A stretch of 64,000 nucleotides of DNA, from positions 377,499 through 441,498 of the IMG/VR virus record IMGVR_UViG_3300029922_000001; one strand, written 5' to 3'. This document shows, piece by piece, positions 42,000 to 54,569 of this stretch; position 1 is the stretch's first letter, and each line of letters begins with the position of its first letter. The translations under genes and the position numbers were made by a program. A model generated the notes under the pieces. It was not told the DNA's origin and did not search any database. It saw nothing but the letters and a program-made list of their open reading frames with translations.

Positions 42000-44799
42000 A
42001 TGAAAGTAAGAGCTAATTCGAGTTATATTTATCACCCTTGTCTTTTGGATGTTTGCGATGGTAGAACAGACCTAGTAAAAGGTGATCTTGTGGTAGTTAA
42101 GAATCTACCAGGTTGTCCTAAGTGTAATATAATGAATCATGCACACGTCTATAAAGATGATAAATTTGCTGGTCTAGTTTGTTGCGCTTCATTGTATTCT
42201 CCAAAGGAATACCCTAAGTTGCTTGCCGAATGGGAAGCAAGGAATGCACAAAATGCTTAAAAAAGTACATAACTTCACCATTAAATTGGTGATTACTATT
42301 ATATTGGGAGTAATGTTACTGCCAATGATTGCATCTTGTGTTAAAGTGATTCCAGCTTTGCATCCTTGGGGAATTGGACCATTAAAATGTCACTATCTTG
42401 TGACTATAATCCCAAAGTATGAGCAAAGAAAAATTGTTGATGAATTGGAACAACCAGGACCATGTTATCACAATAACCATAAGAAGTGATGTATAACGGA
42501 ATATATGAAGAAGAAAAAAACTCATATATTCCGTTTTCATTTTGATGCAACATTAGTAGATGTTGATGTAGAAGCTTTAAACATTAGAGAAGCTTTTCGT
42601 ATTATGAACAAAGAACATCCTGAGTATAGTACAGGATTTATGATATTACGAAAAGATGAATCAGGATCTTGGATTCAGATTGATTAGTGTATAGATGAAA
42701 GGTTTTCCTGAAAATGGGGAAACATAAATCCCCATTAATCAAAATTAAGGTATACTTTGTTTATGATTACGTTTACACATGAAGATGGGAATGTTTTACA
42801 CCTATCAACTGTTACAGATAAGGAATTCTATCTCAAACATAAAGAAGTTTACTTTGATGATGAGCCAGAAATCATACCTCATTGTAGTGGTGTTATTATT
42901 AGGCATGGTCACGATATTTGGATTGTAGAACCTTTTAATCACTTTAGCGGATATCACTATTCATTCGCTAAGGGGAGGCTAGAAAAGCATTTAACACCCC
43001 AACAGAATGCACTTAAAGAAGTATGGGAAGAAAGCGGTTTAATTGTCACTATTGATGGTTATGTTGGCGATGTTCTCAATAATAGATTTTACACTGGTGT
43101 TGCAATTGGTGGAAGTCCCAATAAGTTTGATTGGGAAACTCAAGCTGTTCATTTAGTCGATATTCCAATGGCTAGAAGTTTATTTGAGCATCAAGGTAAG
43201 CCTATTCCGATTCAAGGACTAGAATTATTTGAACAGTGGCTAGAAAGAAATCCCCAACCATAAAATTTGAGGTATACTAAGATTATGAATTGGAAAGTAC
43301 GTTATTGGATTTTATCTGCTGCTTTACTTCTTAGTATTGTTACATCTTTGGGTTGTGGAGATGAATCACGATCAACATTCAGCCTTACACTAGCTAACAC
43401 TCTTTTCCCAACTGCTCAAAATAAGGTAGTAGAAGGTGAAGGTGTGACATTTGAAGTTATTCTAGGAAATAAGATAAGAAAGTTATTCCTAGTAGACTAT
43501 AACAGTAATCCTATTATTACCTGTATTGAAGGTTGTGGAGAAACACGATAATGTTGAATTTTATCAAAGCTAATAAATGGAATTTAGTTATCATGGCATT
43601 TGTAATTGTGATTGCGATTAATCTTGCTGGATATATTAAACAACATGGTCCTATCTTACCTATTCCTTTACAAGTTAGCAACCGTGGTAGGACGTTTAGA
43701 GAATTAAGTGTAGAATATACAGATGTAAAATCATCAATGATAGAAGATGAAAATGAAATGAAATATCATCTTCAGGATATTAAAACTGGCGAACGATTCT
43801 GGACTTATGATTTGAATGGTGATGGAGCATTGTATCCAGAATGAAAGTACTTTATAGCTACATTGATCAGTATGGCACCAAATTTGAAATAAGGGAAGCA
43901 CTTCCTGAAGGTTATTCTTGTTGGCTAATTCTATCTGAAAAAGACGGTGGAATTACTAGACAATGTGGTTTTCCTTTGGAAAAGATTCTTGAGTTAATTG
44001 AAGAGAATAATCAAATGCAAGGAATTATTAAAAAATTAATGGAGAATAAGAAATAATGTTTATTTATCATCTGTTTAAAAACATCGTTTACAATGCAACT
44101 ATTACGGTATGTGTCTCTATTCTAATGCTAGGTGTCTATAGTATTAAAATTGCATTTACTAGTTTCTTGATTTTTCTATGTGTTTTGTGTCTACTTGATG
44201 GCATCATTGGTTACTATAAAGAACGTAGAAAATCCCCAACAAAGAATTAAAAGGTATACTTTGATCATGAACTTATGGAAAATCTTTAAAAAATATTTTT
44301 TCTCAAATTTGCGTTTTAAATTTATCGCTACGCTATTTTTGTCAGCAATTCTTGCTGCTTGTGGTTTACATTTAATTGACATAATTATTGTTGCCACTAT
44401 TTATTTTATTGTATGGTGCTTTTGTGGTGTTTTGGCAATGCTTTTATAGTTATCAAAAAGGAGTGAATAATATTGGAAATTTCTAACGATTACATGGTTT
44501 TGCTTTTTAATGCCCAACATCAATATCGTCGTAACTGGTTGGGAAGTGGTACAGATCAAAAGGTATATAATCTAAAATATCAAGGTAAAACCTTTAGCGA
44601 GATTCAAGAACAATTTAAAAATTGTAAAATCTATGTTTATAACAAAACTAAAAATATGGATGTTCTAATTTATGACAAAAATGGTAATGTCCTTAGTCGT
44701 TTTGGTAGTAATTACCAATTAAGCGAATTTGAAGTATTAATTGAACCTATTGACACAAGTGTTAAATACTTTGTGTGGTTTGGTAAAAAATTACAATAA
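42000..44799 (+). other. Small hypothetical ORFs, several with membrane or lipoprotein features: 42000..42260, ~42253..42489, 42505..42687, 43285..43551, 43551..43844, 43841..44056, 44056..44250, 44267..44449, 44473..44799
   Basis: Co-directional packing; hydrophobic helices and SLGC/IASC lipobox-like motifs. Confidence 0.6.
42763..43263 (+). CDS. Second Nudix hydrolase
   Basis: SFAKGRLE..LT...NALKEVWEESG Nudix-box variant; WETQAV. Confidence 0.85.
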   Translation: MITFTHEDGNVLHLSTVTDKEFYLKHKEVYFDDEPEIIPHCSGVIIRHGHDIWIVEPFNHFSGYHYSFAKGRLEKHLTPQQNALKEVWEESGLIVTIDGYVGDVLNNRFYTGVAIGGSPNKFDWETQAVHLVDIPMARSLFEHQGKPIPIQGLELFEQWLERNPQP

Positions 44800-44841
44800 T
44801 TTTAAAACCCCCAACACTCGAATAAGAGGTATACTCCTAAT

Positions 44842-45276
44842 ATGAGAACGGATTTACCAGATTTTTCTAATATTTTATGGATACCAATTGAAGATATTTT
44901 TAATTCATGGTTATCAATTGATAGTTCTAAAATTAAGTTAGGTCCGCAAGAACGAACCTATGAAGAGTGGATGAACTTACTTAATTATAAAAGAAAAAAT
45001 AGGGGATATGAAACAGTTTTACCTTTGTTGACTGAAACAGGTTTTCTTCGTCCTTTAGCTTTCCGAACATACAATAAAAATTTATATTTACCTAATGGTC
45101 ATCATCGTTTAACAGCGGCGTATGATTTGGGTTACAAGTATATACCATTTGTTGAAGCTGTAGATGGACAATCAGCATACTATGATATACATGAATTTGA
45201 AGATTCAGAATTGTGGTCTTTGATTCATCCTGAAAATCCATTGCCTACAAATCCAAAAATCCAAAAACCCCAATAG
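44842..45276 (+). CDS. Stand-alone ParB/Srx-like domain protein, paralog 1
   Basis: W..IE.I...W.S.DS...W..LL..K...Y......GF..PL...NGHHRLTAA.DLGYKYIP. Confidence 0.75.
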   Translation: MRTDLPDFSNILWIPIEDIFNSWLSIDSSKIKLGPQERTYEEWMNLLNYKRKNRGYETVLPLLTETGFLRPLAFRTYNKNLYLPNGHHRLTAAYDLGYKYIPFVEAVDGQSAYYDIHEFEDSELWSLIHPENPLPTNPKIQKPQ

Positions 45277-45300
45277 CGGAATAAGAGGTATACTAAGATC

Positions 45301-47797
45301 ATGATAATCGGTCAACGACTTACAGATTTTCGGAAAGACTATGAAAATCCTAATATTGTAGATTTTCTATGGGAAAATCGAAAACATTTTCTCACAAACA
45401 ACTCAATAGATACTAGTGATCAATGGGGTTTGGTTACAAAGATTGAAGGACCATATTCTTCACCAATCTACAATGAATCTGTAAAGTACAAATATGTAAA
45501 AGAAGCACTATCGGATCAGGGTATCATCATGGAATTTATCCGTCATAATGGCAAACTTCGATTCACAATTTCCCCAACACTCGAATAAGAGGTATACTCA
45601 GATCATGCCACGCGGAAGAAAACCACTAGATTTCACTTTTATGTCTTACCAGGATGCTAAAGTTTATGTTCGAAAGAACGGTATCCGAAGTCTCGCCCAA
45701 TGGCAGGACTTTTGCAGTAAGAACAAACGACCTGACAATATCCCTGCCGCTCCCAATATTAAGTATAAGGACGAATGGGAAGGCTTTCCTGAGTTTCTAG
45801 GCTATACTGCCAGTGGTCGCGGACGACCAGCAGGTAGCGTAAATCGTCCTAAAGAAGAAAGGGATCAAGATAAAGAAAGTACCAATATCTTCGAAGATCG
45901 CCCAATTAATACAGTAATGTATACTTACGAAGAGGCTAAGGCATGGTGCTATAAGTTGCGCTACACTAAGGCTATGTACAAGAAGTTCATTACTGATTAC
46001 ACCTATCAGGTTCCAGGTTCTTGCAGTTCCAGACTTCCTAAGAATCCTTCGGAGTTCTATCCTGAATTTGATGCAAATGACTTCTATTACACTGAAGGGG
46101 ATAATGTCTAAAAAGATCAATACTAATAATGCAACCTTCTCTAAAAAGAGGGTTGCAAAAGCTTGTCTTAATACACCACAATATGCTTTTAAGACTATTA
46201 AGGTTAAAATAAGACCTAAAAAAGTTATGGATACTGTACAATCTCCACAACCAAAACAACTTAATCTGTTGGAATTTTTGCTAAAGATTTTTTAAAATCC
46301 CCAACGAGTAAATAAGAGGTATACTCAGATCATGGAAACAATTAATCAAACAAATTTTCAAGCTGTTTTTGTTAATACAAATAAAGCTCCAATTGAAACA
46401 CAACATATTTACTGGTACACTAGAGAAATTAATCTCGTTGGTGATTCTCCAAAGATTGCGTTAATTGAAGTAGTGCGTGAAAAATATCAACATCCTGACG
46501 CTGAAAATGATGCAGTTATTTGGCTTCTCAATGAACATCAACGTCAAATTACAGATAAATACAATGGAGAGGATTTATTCTAGGATTGCATCATGCTCAA
46601 AATACTACTTGCGATTCAGTAAAGGTGTATTAATACTGGATGCGCGCCATAAATCCCCAACGAGTAAATAAGAGGTATACTAAAAACACAATGAACGAAT
46701 TCCCACAGTTTCCAGCTTGGATGATGCCTTCAAAGGCTGTAATGCTCACTGCTATGAAAACCGCGAACAGCATTCTTTGGACATTCATTTTTTTCGCCCT
46801 TGCTTTCACTTTGAAAGAAACGTCTCTTGCACATGACGTGCAATATGCATATCAATTCGGTATGTTCACAATGGCTTGTACTGTACTTGCTTGGATGGCG
46901 GTACTGCATCAAGTTTGGACTGATCCAAAGTCCAAGACAGAGTAAGTGCATTAAAATTAATCTTTGAATTATAATAAATCAAGGATTAGAGAAAATCCCC
47001 AATAGAAAATTAAGAGGTATACTAAAAGCATGAGTAAGCGAACAGAAACCTTTAGCAGAGATTTGGTACTCAAATTGATTAATAATCATTTGAGACAAAT
47101 TAAACAATGGAAGTCATTGAGTAGTCTAGAATTAGCTATTAAATGTCGTGAAAACGCAACAGCTTTGATTGAGATGCTAGAGTCAGAAGATTGTGGTTCT
47201 TGGGGTGGACATGATCCAGAAGATCCAAAATGTGGCAAACACGCTGATATTTATTCTCGTTATGAGTGGTTAAGAGATAGACCAAAAAATCCCCAATAGA
47301 AAATTAAGAGGTATACTAGGAGTACAATGAAAACAATTTCACGAAATGCGATTGCTGAAAAGCTAAAGGACACTGCAAAGGGAACACGGATCATCGGAGT
47401 GCAATATACTACCGAACCAAAGGTAAAGAAGTCTTGCCCGTTCGCAAATCTTCAGAAGCATACTCAAAGTACGGTTATGCTTGGTGTTAACTACGCTAAC
47501 CGTTTGGCGGCTAAAGGTGAACAACCTGCTGGCGTAGACCCTTACTTTGAGGACATTGACGGTCAAAACTGGCTTGTTCGCCATAAGACCAACGGTACAG
47601 AATACTTGCGGGTTTCACCAACTGGTAACAACTTTGCAAAGTCATTCTACACTTCTGATGGTGTAGATGTTGACTCAGACTTGGTAAAGGAACATCTTTA
47701 CGCTAAGGCTGAAGGGGTACCTGAAGTATTCTTGATCAAACTTGCAAACATTCGTAACATCTCACTCAATGGTGAGCAGTACCAGATTGTAGGTTAA
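45301..47797 (+). other. Hypothetical ORFs 45301..45588, 46332..46583, 46691..46945 (2 TM), 47030..47299, 47327..47797
   Basis: Each starts just after a promoter copy. Confidence 0.7.
45605..46111 (+). CDS. AT-hook / integrase-repeat-like putative DNA-binding protein, paralog 2
   Basis: MPRGRKP, FMSY.DAK.YVR...I.S..QW..FC....RP.NIPAAP...Y..EW.G..EFLGY..SGRGRP; a second degenerate repeat follows. Confidence 0.7.
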   Translation: MPRGRKPLDFTFMSYQDAKVYVRKNGIRSLAQWQDFCSKNKRPDNIPAAPNIKYKDEWEGFPEFLGYTASGRGRPAGSVNRPKEERDQDKESTNIFEDRPINTVMYTYEEAKAWCYKLRYTKAMYKKFITDYTYQVPGSCSSRLPKNPSEFYPEFDANDFYYTEGDNV

Positions 47798-47811
47798 GCC
47801 ACAATCTAACG

Positions 47812-47850
47812 AAATGAGACTGAGGGAATAATCTCTCAGTCTCATTTTTA
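47812..47850 (+). terminator. Intrinsic terminator
   Basis: AAATGAGACTGAGGGA-ATAA-TCTCTCAGTCTCATTT plus T tract. Confidence 0.8.
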
Positions 47851-47971
47851 TATATTTAAGCGTATAATTCAAATCCTTTATACGTTTTAGTGTATAGATC
47901 GAAGTGATAGACGAAAATGGGGAAATCTCCGACAACATGCTAAAATCTCCGAGAACATGCTATAATAAAGT

Positions 47972-48361
47972 ATGGAACTATTTATTTCAATCACAGGTCA
48001 AGCGGCAACAGGTAAGACCACAATAGCTAAAATCATAGAAGATGCTCTACGCGATAAAGGCTTTAAAGTCATTCAGAACGACATAGATTTGACTGGTGAT
48101 GTAATTAAACCCGATGGATGGGTAGAACGTAACACAGAAGGAATTAAGGGCAAAGAAACCACTATTAGCATTGATACAGTAGGTGTACGTAGAGGAAGAG
48201 AGAAGGTTACTTGTCCAAAATGCGGATATTGCCCAAAATGCGGTTGGGATACAACAGAAGAAGATCTTTGTTTGTTTTGCGGTGGTGTTCTTGGATCACC
48301 TAAACGCAGTGCTGACATTGGAGTAACCACTGACAAAGAGATTATCTTAGGTATGGGATAA
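47972..48361 (+). CDS. Small P-loop protein with C-terminal Zn ribbon
   Basis: ISITGQAATGKTT Walker A; CPKCG.CPKCG...CLFCG. Confidence 0.6.
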   Translation: MELFISITGQAATGKTTIAKIIEDALRDKGFKVIQNDIDLTGDVIKPDGWVERNTEGIKGKETTISIDTVGVRRGREKVTCPKCGYCPKCGWDTTEEDLCLFCGGVLGSPKRSADIGVTTDKEIILGMG

Positions 48362-48395
48362 TCCCCAATAACCAAACCAGAGGTATACTTAATTC

Positions 48396-51300
48396 ATGGA
48401 AACAATCCCTAAGAGAGATATATGGGATCAGAAATTAGCTGATCATATTTTAGAGACAGTCAAGAAATATATTCCTACTTTGCCAGAAGGGACCACTGTT
48501 TATAAGTATAGTGGTATGTGCATGAATGCCAAAGAAGGTAGGCATTCATTTGTGTATCTTATGAGTACTGGTTGGAATGAGACTTTTATCGTTACCTTGA
48601 AAATACCTGGTGCTTCAATTAAGCTTAAAACTGAGGCTATTTATATTCCAGTTAAGGATATTACTTTGCCAACACCACAATACTATCCTAATGAAGAAGT
48701 GGTTTACAAGCGAAAATATAGCGATAAGAAAAAAGCTAGGATCAAATATGTCACTGCAATTTGTTGGGATTGGATACAGGAAAAGCATGGTAAACCTTGG
48801 TTATTGCGTTATCAAATGTCTAGCAATGGTCATGACACAATCGAAGATGAAGATGTTCTACGTGCCAAGCAAGAATCCCCAACAGAATAATTAGAGGTAT
48901 ACTTAGATCATGGTTAAGATTACTAGAGGCGATATCACCACCTACACTTTCAACGTAGAAGTACCAGAAGAATTGGTTGACAGTGTGAAGCGTAAGAAAG
49001 CTTTTAAGCAATGGATTGAAGTTCATCTAGGCATGAACAGTAAGGCAGAATGGTCTACTATGTTCCCAACTCGACTTCAGCTTACAATTGCAACTGGTTG
49101 GAACGAACAAGAAATCACTGAAAAGGTGAATGCATTTGTCACTGGTGAATACAACAGGACTATGAAAACCCCTCTCGCTCAACTTTGAGGTACAATAAAA
49201 ACATGGAATACATTCGACTACAATTAGCTTTCGACATCGCAGAAGCAACCGGAGCAAACATAGAAGATGATTAGTATACCGATTTGGTTATTTGTTATTT
49301 TGGTATTGCCATGTACTATCCTCGTATTGTATCTCAGCTTTTTGGCTTTTGTTATCTTTTTTTCTTGGATTTTCGATTTATGTGTGTGATCACCTATCTT
49401 TATGTATAATAGAATACATGAAGATACGTCTCCTAAGTGATATACACGGTTTTATACAACCAGTAATCTATAATTACGCTCAGCGTGATGATACTATCAA
49501 GGGTTATGATCTTCTAATTCAATTGGGAGATTTTGGATTTCGCGATACATATAAACATCTTAATAAATTTGATCCTGCAAGATTAAGAATACTTGGTGGT
49601 AATCACGATGATTATGGCGCTATGAGATCACTTGATATTATTCCTTATTTCCTTGGTAATTTTGGATTATTACCTGAAAGTGATGGTAAAGTCTTTTTTG
49701 TGCGTGGTGCATGGTCTATAGATCGTGACAGAAGGATTGAAGGATGGAATTGGTGGAAAGAAGAAGAATTATCATGGTCACAAATGAATGATTGTTTAGA
49801 TTTATGGGATCAAGTTAAAGACGGTGTTGAGGTTGTTTTGTCACATGAAGCCCCAATGAATTTTGCTTCAGTATTATTTGGTAGTTATCCTATTGAAACT
49901 AATACAGGAAAATTACTATACGAAATGTGGAAAATGCACGAACCTAAAAGATGGTTTTGCGGGCATTGGCATATGCAAAAAACATGGAAATTTGGCAATA
50001 CAGAATTCCGTTGTTTAGCTATTAATGAATCTATAAATATTGAAGTCTAAGGTATAATCTGATTATGGAACTTTCCGCAGAAATGATAGTTAAACTCGAA
50101 AAATTAGCCACAAGAAAAATTTGGAGTGATAATCCCGATTTTATGATTGATGATTATGCTGGTGGTCAAACTGATGATGCTTTTTATGGTGGATCTGATG
50201 CTGGAGAAACACTCTTAGCAAGAGAAATTTTAGGTCTTCAATTTCCCCAATAAGGGGAATCGAGGTATACTTTATTTATGGAAAACTTGACGATTGAACA
50301 ACTTGAAAAGAAACTTGGAATTAGATTCGTAACGGATTGCCATTATTCGATTACAGAAACGCGAGTTTATATGCCAAAGTCTAATGACTATCTACGAATT
50401 GTTATTGATTGGAAATCAAATAAACATTGTACTAATAAATATGTTCATTTTCTTTATGATCTATCTTCTAGTCTTGGACATCATATTCACTTCTTTCGCG
50501 CTCCAAGGGGAAAAAAGTTTTATATAGGACTTGAAGATTTGAAAGAAAATTCAAATAAACATAATAATTGGGAATATATTGGATTTAGCAATTTGAAGTA
50601 TAGTGTAGAACTTACCTATATTAGTCGCAAACATTCTACAACAATGTATAAGGAGGAAAGAGAATGATTATATGTACTATTTTTTTCTTATGTGTTGTTG
50701 CGTCTGTGGTTATCAGTAGACGTAATATTCCAATTGGAACTAAAGCCTTTAATCTATCTTGGGGTATACTTTTTGCCATTATATTTATTGGTGAATTAGT
50801 TGCATTGTATTGTTGCGCTCACAATATTCTCATTCCATAATCCCCAATAAAGGGATTCGAGGTATACTAAATCTATGGAACGTACATACACCTATAAAGA
50901 AGTATTGGCTTTGATTAAACAAGCTTATGTGGAAGGTCATGGTCAAGGTATTACTGATGGTCATTCGATGAATAAATACCGTGATCCGAAAGGTCTTTTT
51001 GAGGATTCTTACGTATTAGATGATCTTAATGATTTGTTAAGATGATACACATTGAGGTATACTATAGGCAATATGATTAAACACACTCCAAACCCACCTG
51101 GATTTATAAAGCTATCAGATAGAAGCACTGATGATATTTTATCATCTTCATTGACTAATTTTCCAGAACAGTTAGTGTTGCTATATTTAGGTGATGGAAA
51201 TTATTTATCTATTGCAAGTCCACAATCTGAATTTGACACTTCACTCTTAGGATTGGCTACATTCATTAATTCTGAGGAAGCAATTATCTTTAGAGAAGAT

Positions 51301-51432
51301 AACAATGTAATTGCGGATCTTTCTCGTAAGAGTTTTGAAGAAGCAAGAGAGATTGCTATTGCTAACCCTGATGTTCAAGCACTATTCTTGATTTTCGGAA
51401 AAAAGATTACAGAAACTCATTTCGTGAGATAA
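48396..51432 (+). other. Hypothetical ORFs 48396..48890, 48910..49188, 50065..50253, 50278..50667, 51073..51432
   Basis: Mostly promoter-led; 51073..51432 resembles 20853..21215. Confidence 0.65.
49418..50050 (+). CDS. Calcineurin-like metallophosphoesterase
   Basis: LLSDIHG, QLGDFG, GGNHD, VLSHEAP, FCGHWH; ATG 7 nt after TATAAT. Confidence 0.9.
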   Translation: MKIRLLSDIHGFIQPVIYNYAQRDDTIKGYDLLIQLGDFGFRDTYKHLNKFDPARLRILGGNHDDYGAMRSLDIIPYFLGNFGLLPESDGKVFFVRGAWSIDRDRRIEGWNWWKEEELSWSQMNDCLDLWDQVKDGVEVVLSHEAPMNFASVLFGSYPIETNTGKLLYEMWKMHEPKRWFCGHWHMQKTWKFGNTEFRCLAINESINIEV

Positions 51433-52023
51433 GGAAAGGAGATAATCCCCAATAAGAAATTCGAAGGTATACTCTAATTATGATTAAATGCTTCAATAAG
51501 ATTCTAAAAGATCATCGTCCTGCTGATCAAGTTTTTAGTGCTGATGAACTTTTTTGGATTACTTGTCTATTGGAAAATCAAAAGCAATATGAAGATCAAT
51601 GGCATGTTGTCTATAAAAATGTAGTGCTTACCACTGAAAACTGCCTTGTAATTTAAAATCCCCAATAAGAAATTCGAAGGTATACTCTGATCATGCTTAC
51701 AGTGATTTTTATTTTCTCAGCGGTTTGTTTTGTGCTATCGTGTAGACCTAAGCCTATTACAAACTTTCAGAAAATCTTTACTGCGCTTTTCTGGATTAGT
51801 TTTGTTGCTTATCTTGTCTGTTTGGTATTTGGAGTTAAATGAATAATATTATCATTAGTTTTATATTGACTATTGTAGGTATGCTTTTTATGCTAGGAAA
51901 CTTTATGTTTACTGACAAAAATAATAAACCTGCATCTACTTTTTGTTTTGGTATTTCCATGCTTTTATTTGGAGTTGCATCGGGTTTGATTTTTGGCTCA
52001 ATTTAACATTAAGGTGATGGTTT

Positions 52024-52428
52024 ATGAAGTCTCGAAAGAAAATTCATTGGATATCAATTACGGAAATTTTAAGCACTTGGGGAAGTTGTGATAGCGAATG
52101 TGCTGGAGAAAACTACCCTGACAATAAGATGCTTACTGAATCAGAATGGCAAGTACTTCTAGATTACAAACGTAAAGAACTTAAATATAAAGAACTCTAT
52201 GAGATTATTAAAAAAGAGGGTTTTAATGAGCCACTTGTCTTTTGCAATAATTGGGGAAGAATACTCCATCTAGATGGTCATCATCGTTTAACTGTTGCTA
52301 TTGATTTAGGATATAAATACATTCCCTATATCAAACGATCTAAAGTAAAAGATATTTGGGTGGATTTTTATGAGGATTTTAGTCACTTTAATTTTGCTCA
52401 TCCTGAAAATCCCCAACCAATAAATTAA
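52024..52428 (+). CDS. Stand-alone ParB/Srx-like domain protein, paralog 2
   Basis: DGHHRLTVAIDLGYKYIPY. Confidence 0.75.
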   Translation: MKSRKKIHWISITEILSTWGSCDSECAGENYPDNKMLTESEWQVLLDYKRKELKYKELYEIIKKEGFNEPLVFCNNWGRILHLDGHHRLTVAIDLGYKYIPYIKRSKVKDIWVDFYEDFSHFNFAHPENPQPIN

Positions 52429-52777
52429 AGGTATACTCTATTCATGGATACAGTTAAAGAACAGAATGAAGTGTTTGATGAACACGTTAGTAGACAACTT
52501 AAATCAAGGCTTACCTTTGGTCTTAAAGCGTGGATTCTACTTGAAGTTACCCGAAATACCAGTGGATTAGTAGACCTTGAAGGTTATCCTTGGCATGAGT
52601 TTCGGAATCCTTTTGATATCTACATGAGCGATGTTGAAGAGTTTGGGCAAAAGATTGGCGTCTTGAGTCTATATGAAGATCAAACTTATCACATTAATGA
52701 TGCCAAACGTCATGAACTGCTTGAATGGATGGAATACGCATAATCCCCAATACTTGAACTAGAGGTATACTCTATTC

Positions 52778-53188
52778 ATGTCAAGGTTAATTGAACGAAT
52801 AGAGTGGATTTCCATCGAAGATATTACCGAAAATGGTTGGGGTAGTGTTGATAGTAAAGAAATTGATATTGATTTTCAAAGATACATTATGCTTAACGAA
52901 AGAGAATGGAAACAACTTCTTGACTTGAAGCGGGAAGATAAAAAGTACCCCAAACTTCTAGCTAGTGTTAAGGCAAATGGCTTATTAGTGCCAGGTAATT
53001 ACATTATCCACGAGGGAATGTATTTTCACGGCAATGGTCATCACCGCCTAGCGGCGGCAATTGATTTAGGTTTCAAAAGACTACCTTATATTCAAGTACC
53101 AGGACCTAGACAACTTGCATGGCATTGGAGTAAGAAGATGTTTGAAAAAGCAAATTTAATGGAATATGCTCATGGATTTCCCCAATGA
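52778..53188 (+). CDS. Stand-alone ParB/Srx-like domain protein, paralog 3
   Basis: NGHHRLAAAIDLGFKRLPY. Confidence 0.75.
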   Translation: MSRLIERIEWISIEDITENGWGSVDSKEIDIDFQRYIMLNEREWKQLLDLKREDKKYPKLLASVKANGLLVPGNYIIHEGMYFHGNGHHRLAAAIDLGFKRLPYIQVPGPRQLAWHWSKKMFEKANLMEYAHGFPQ

Positions 53189-53497
53189 GAAAATCGAAGG
53201 TATACTTAACACAACATGAAGAACATGACGAATTTTAAGAACATTCTCGCCACTGCCAACTCTTTCACCGCGAAGCGATCTCGTGGTAATGCCGCTCTCA
53301 AGGGACTTCTCGCTTTGGTAGTCATTGCGGTAGTTATTTTCCTGTGCTACATTGGTCCGATTTGGACAATCGGCGCTCTCAACCTCCTGTTTGGACTCCA
53401 TATTGCGGTAACGCTTCAGACTTGGCTTGCTACCTTATGGCTTATGATTGTAGTCGCCGCTAAGAACTACAGCAAGTAAATCACCTTTGACAAAATC

Positions 53498-53530
53498 GAA
53501 AGGGTACCCGATGGTACCCTTTCTCTATTT
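53498..53530 (+). terminator. Intrinsic terminator
   Basis: GAAAGGGTACC-CGAT-GGTACCCTTTC. Confidence 0.75.
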
Positions 53531-54426
53531 GTCCCCAATAAAAGAATTAGAGGTATATTTAGATCATGCTTGAATCGAAGATTAAATGGAGAGATGCATT
53601 TGGTAACGAAGGTTATCATAGAGATGTAAAAGTTGCATACGTTCATCAACATGGCAACTTCACCGCTTTTGTGTATCCTACTGGAAAACCTTCTTATGCA
53701 TCACCACTAGATCAAATTAAGTCCTCTGTCAGAAATATTGAAGAAGGAAAATTGTGGTGTGAACAAAATTTTGACATTGATGTTTTCGAAAAAGCAAACT
53801 TAATACCTTTGTGTTTTTCAGAAACCCATAGAGCTATTATGGTGGAAAAAAGAGAAGTCTATATTCCTACATTTGGGATAGTTTGGATTAACGAAAATCG
53901 AACAGATCAGATTGTGGAAATTACAAAAACTTCGAATTTACTCACTCTAGAACAATATCAAGAACGATATCCAGATACAATATTATTGGGTTATGGTCGT
54001 CGGATTTATAATCCCCAATAGAAAAATTTGAGGTATACTAGCATCATGAACGTAATTCACACTTATCGACAGAACCTTAAAGAGATTGCCACAGAAGGTG
54101 AAATTCTCATTAGCCTTTGGCGAATGGCTCACCGATCTGACTACATTCCGCGATTTGGTATCGAACACTATAAGCTAACCATTACAGAAATTTGGGTACA
54201 GCTTGATGTTCTCTATCGAACTTATGGTATCAATTATAATCCTGATATTCGATTCCGATATCTGGAAGATTATTACTTTCATGAAATTGATGCAATGAAT
54301 TTTGAGTTCTCAGTTTCTTATGATCCAGATGACGAACTCAGTAAGATAAAGTGTGTGACTACTGCACTTTTATCACAGCTATATGGTAAGCCTTGTTATT
54401 TCTTGATCCCACAAGAGTAAAAGAGT

Positions 54427-54453
54427 AACCGGAGAGAATCCGGTTTTCTTTTT
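54427..54453 (+). terminator. Intrinsic terminator
   Basis: AACCGGA-GAGAA-TCCGGTT plus T tract. Confidence 0.75.
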
Positions 54454-54569
54454 GCTTCCACGATTCATAATTCCTATATATTAGTGTATAGATGCATAGG
54501 AATTATGAAAATGGGGAAATAATGATCAGTAAAAATCCCCAATGATCAAAAATGAGGTATACTAAGATC

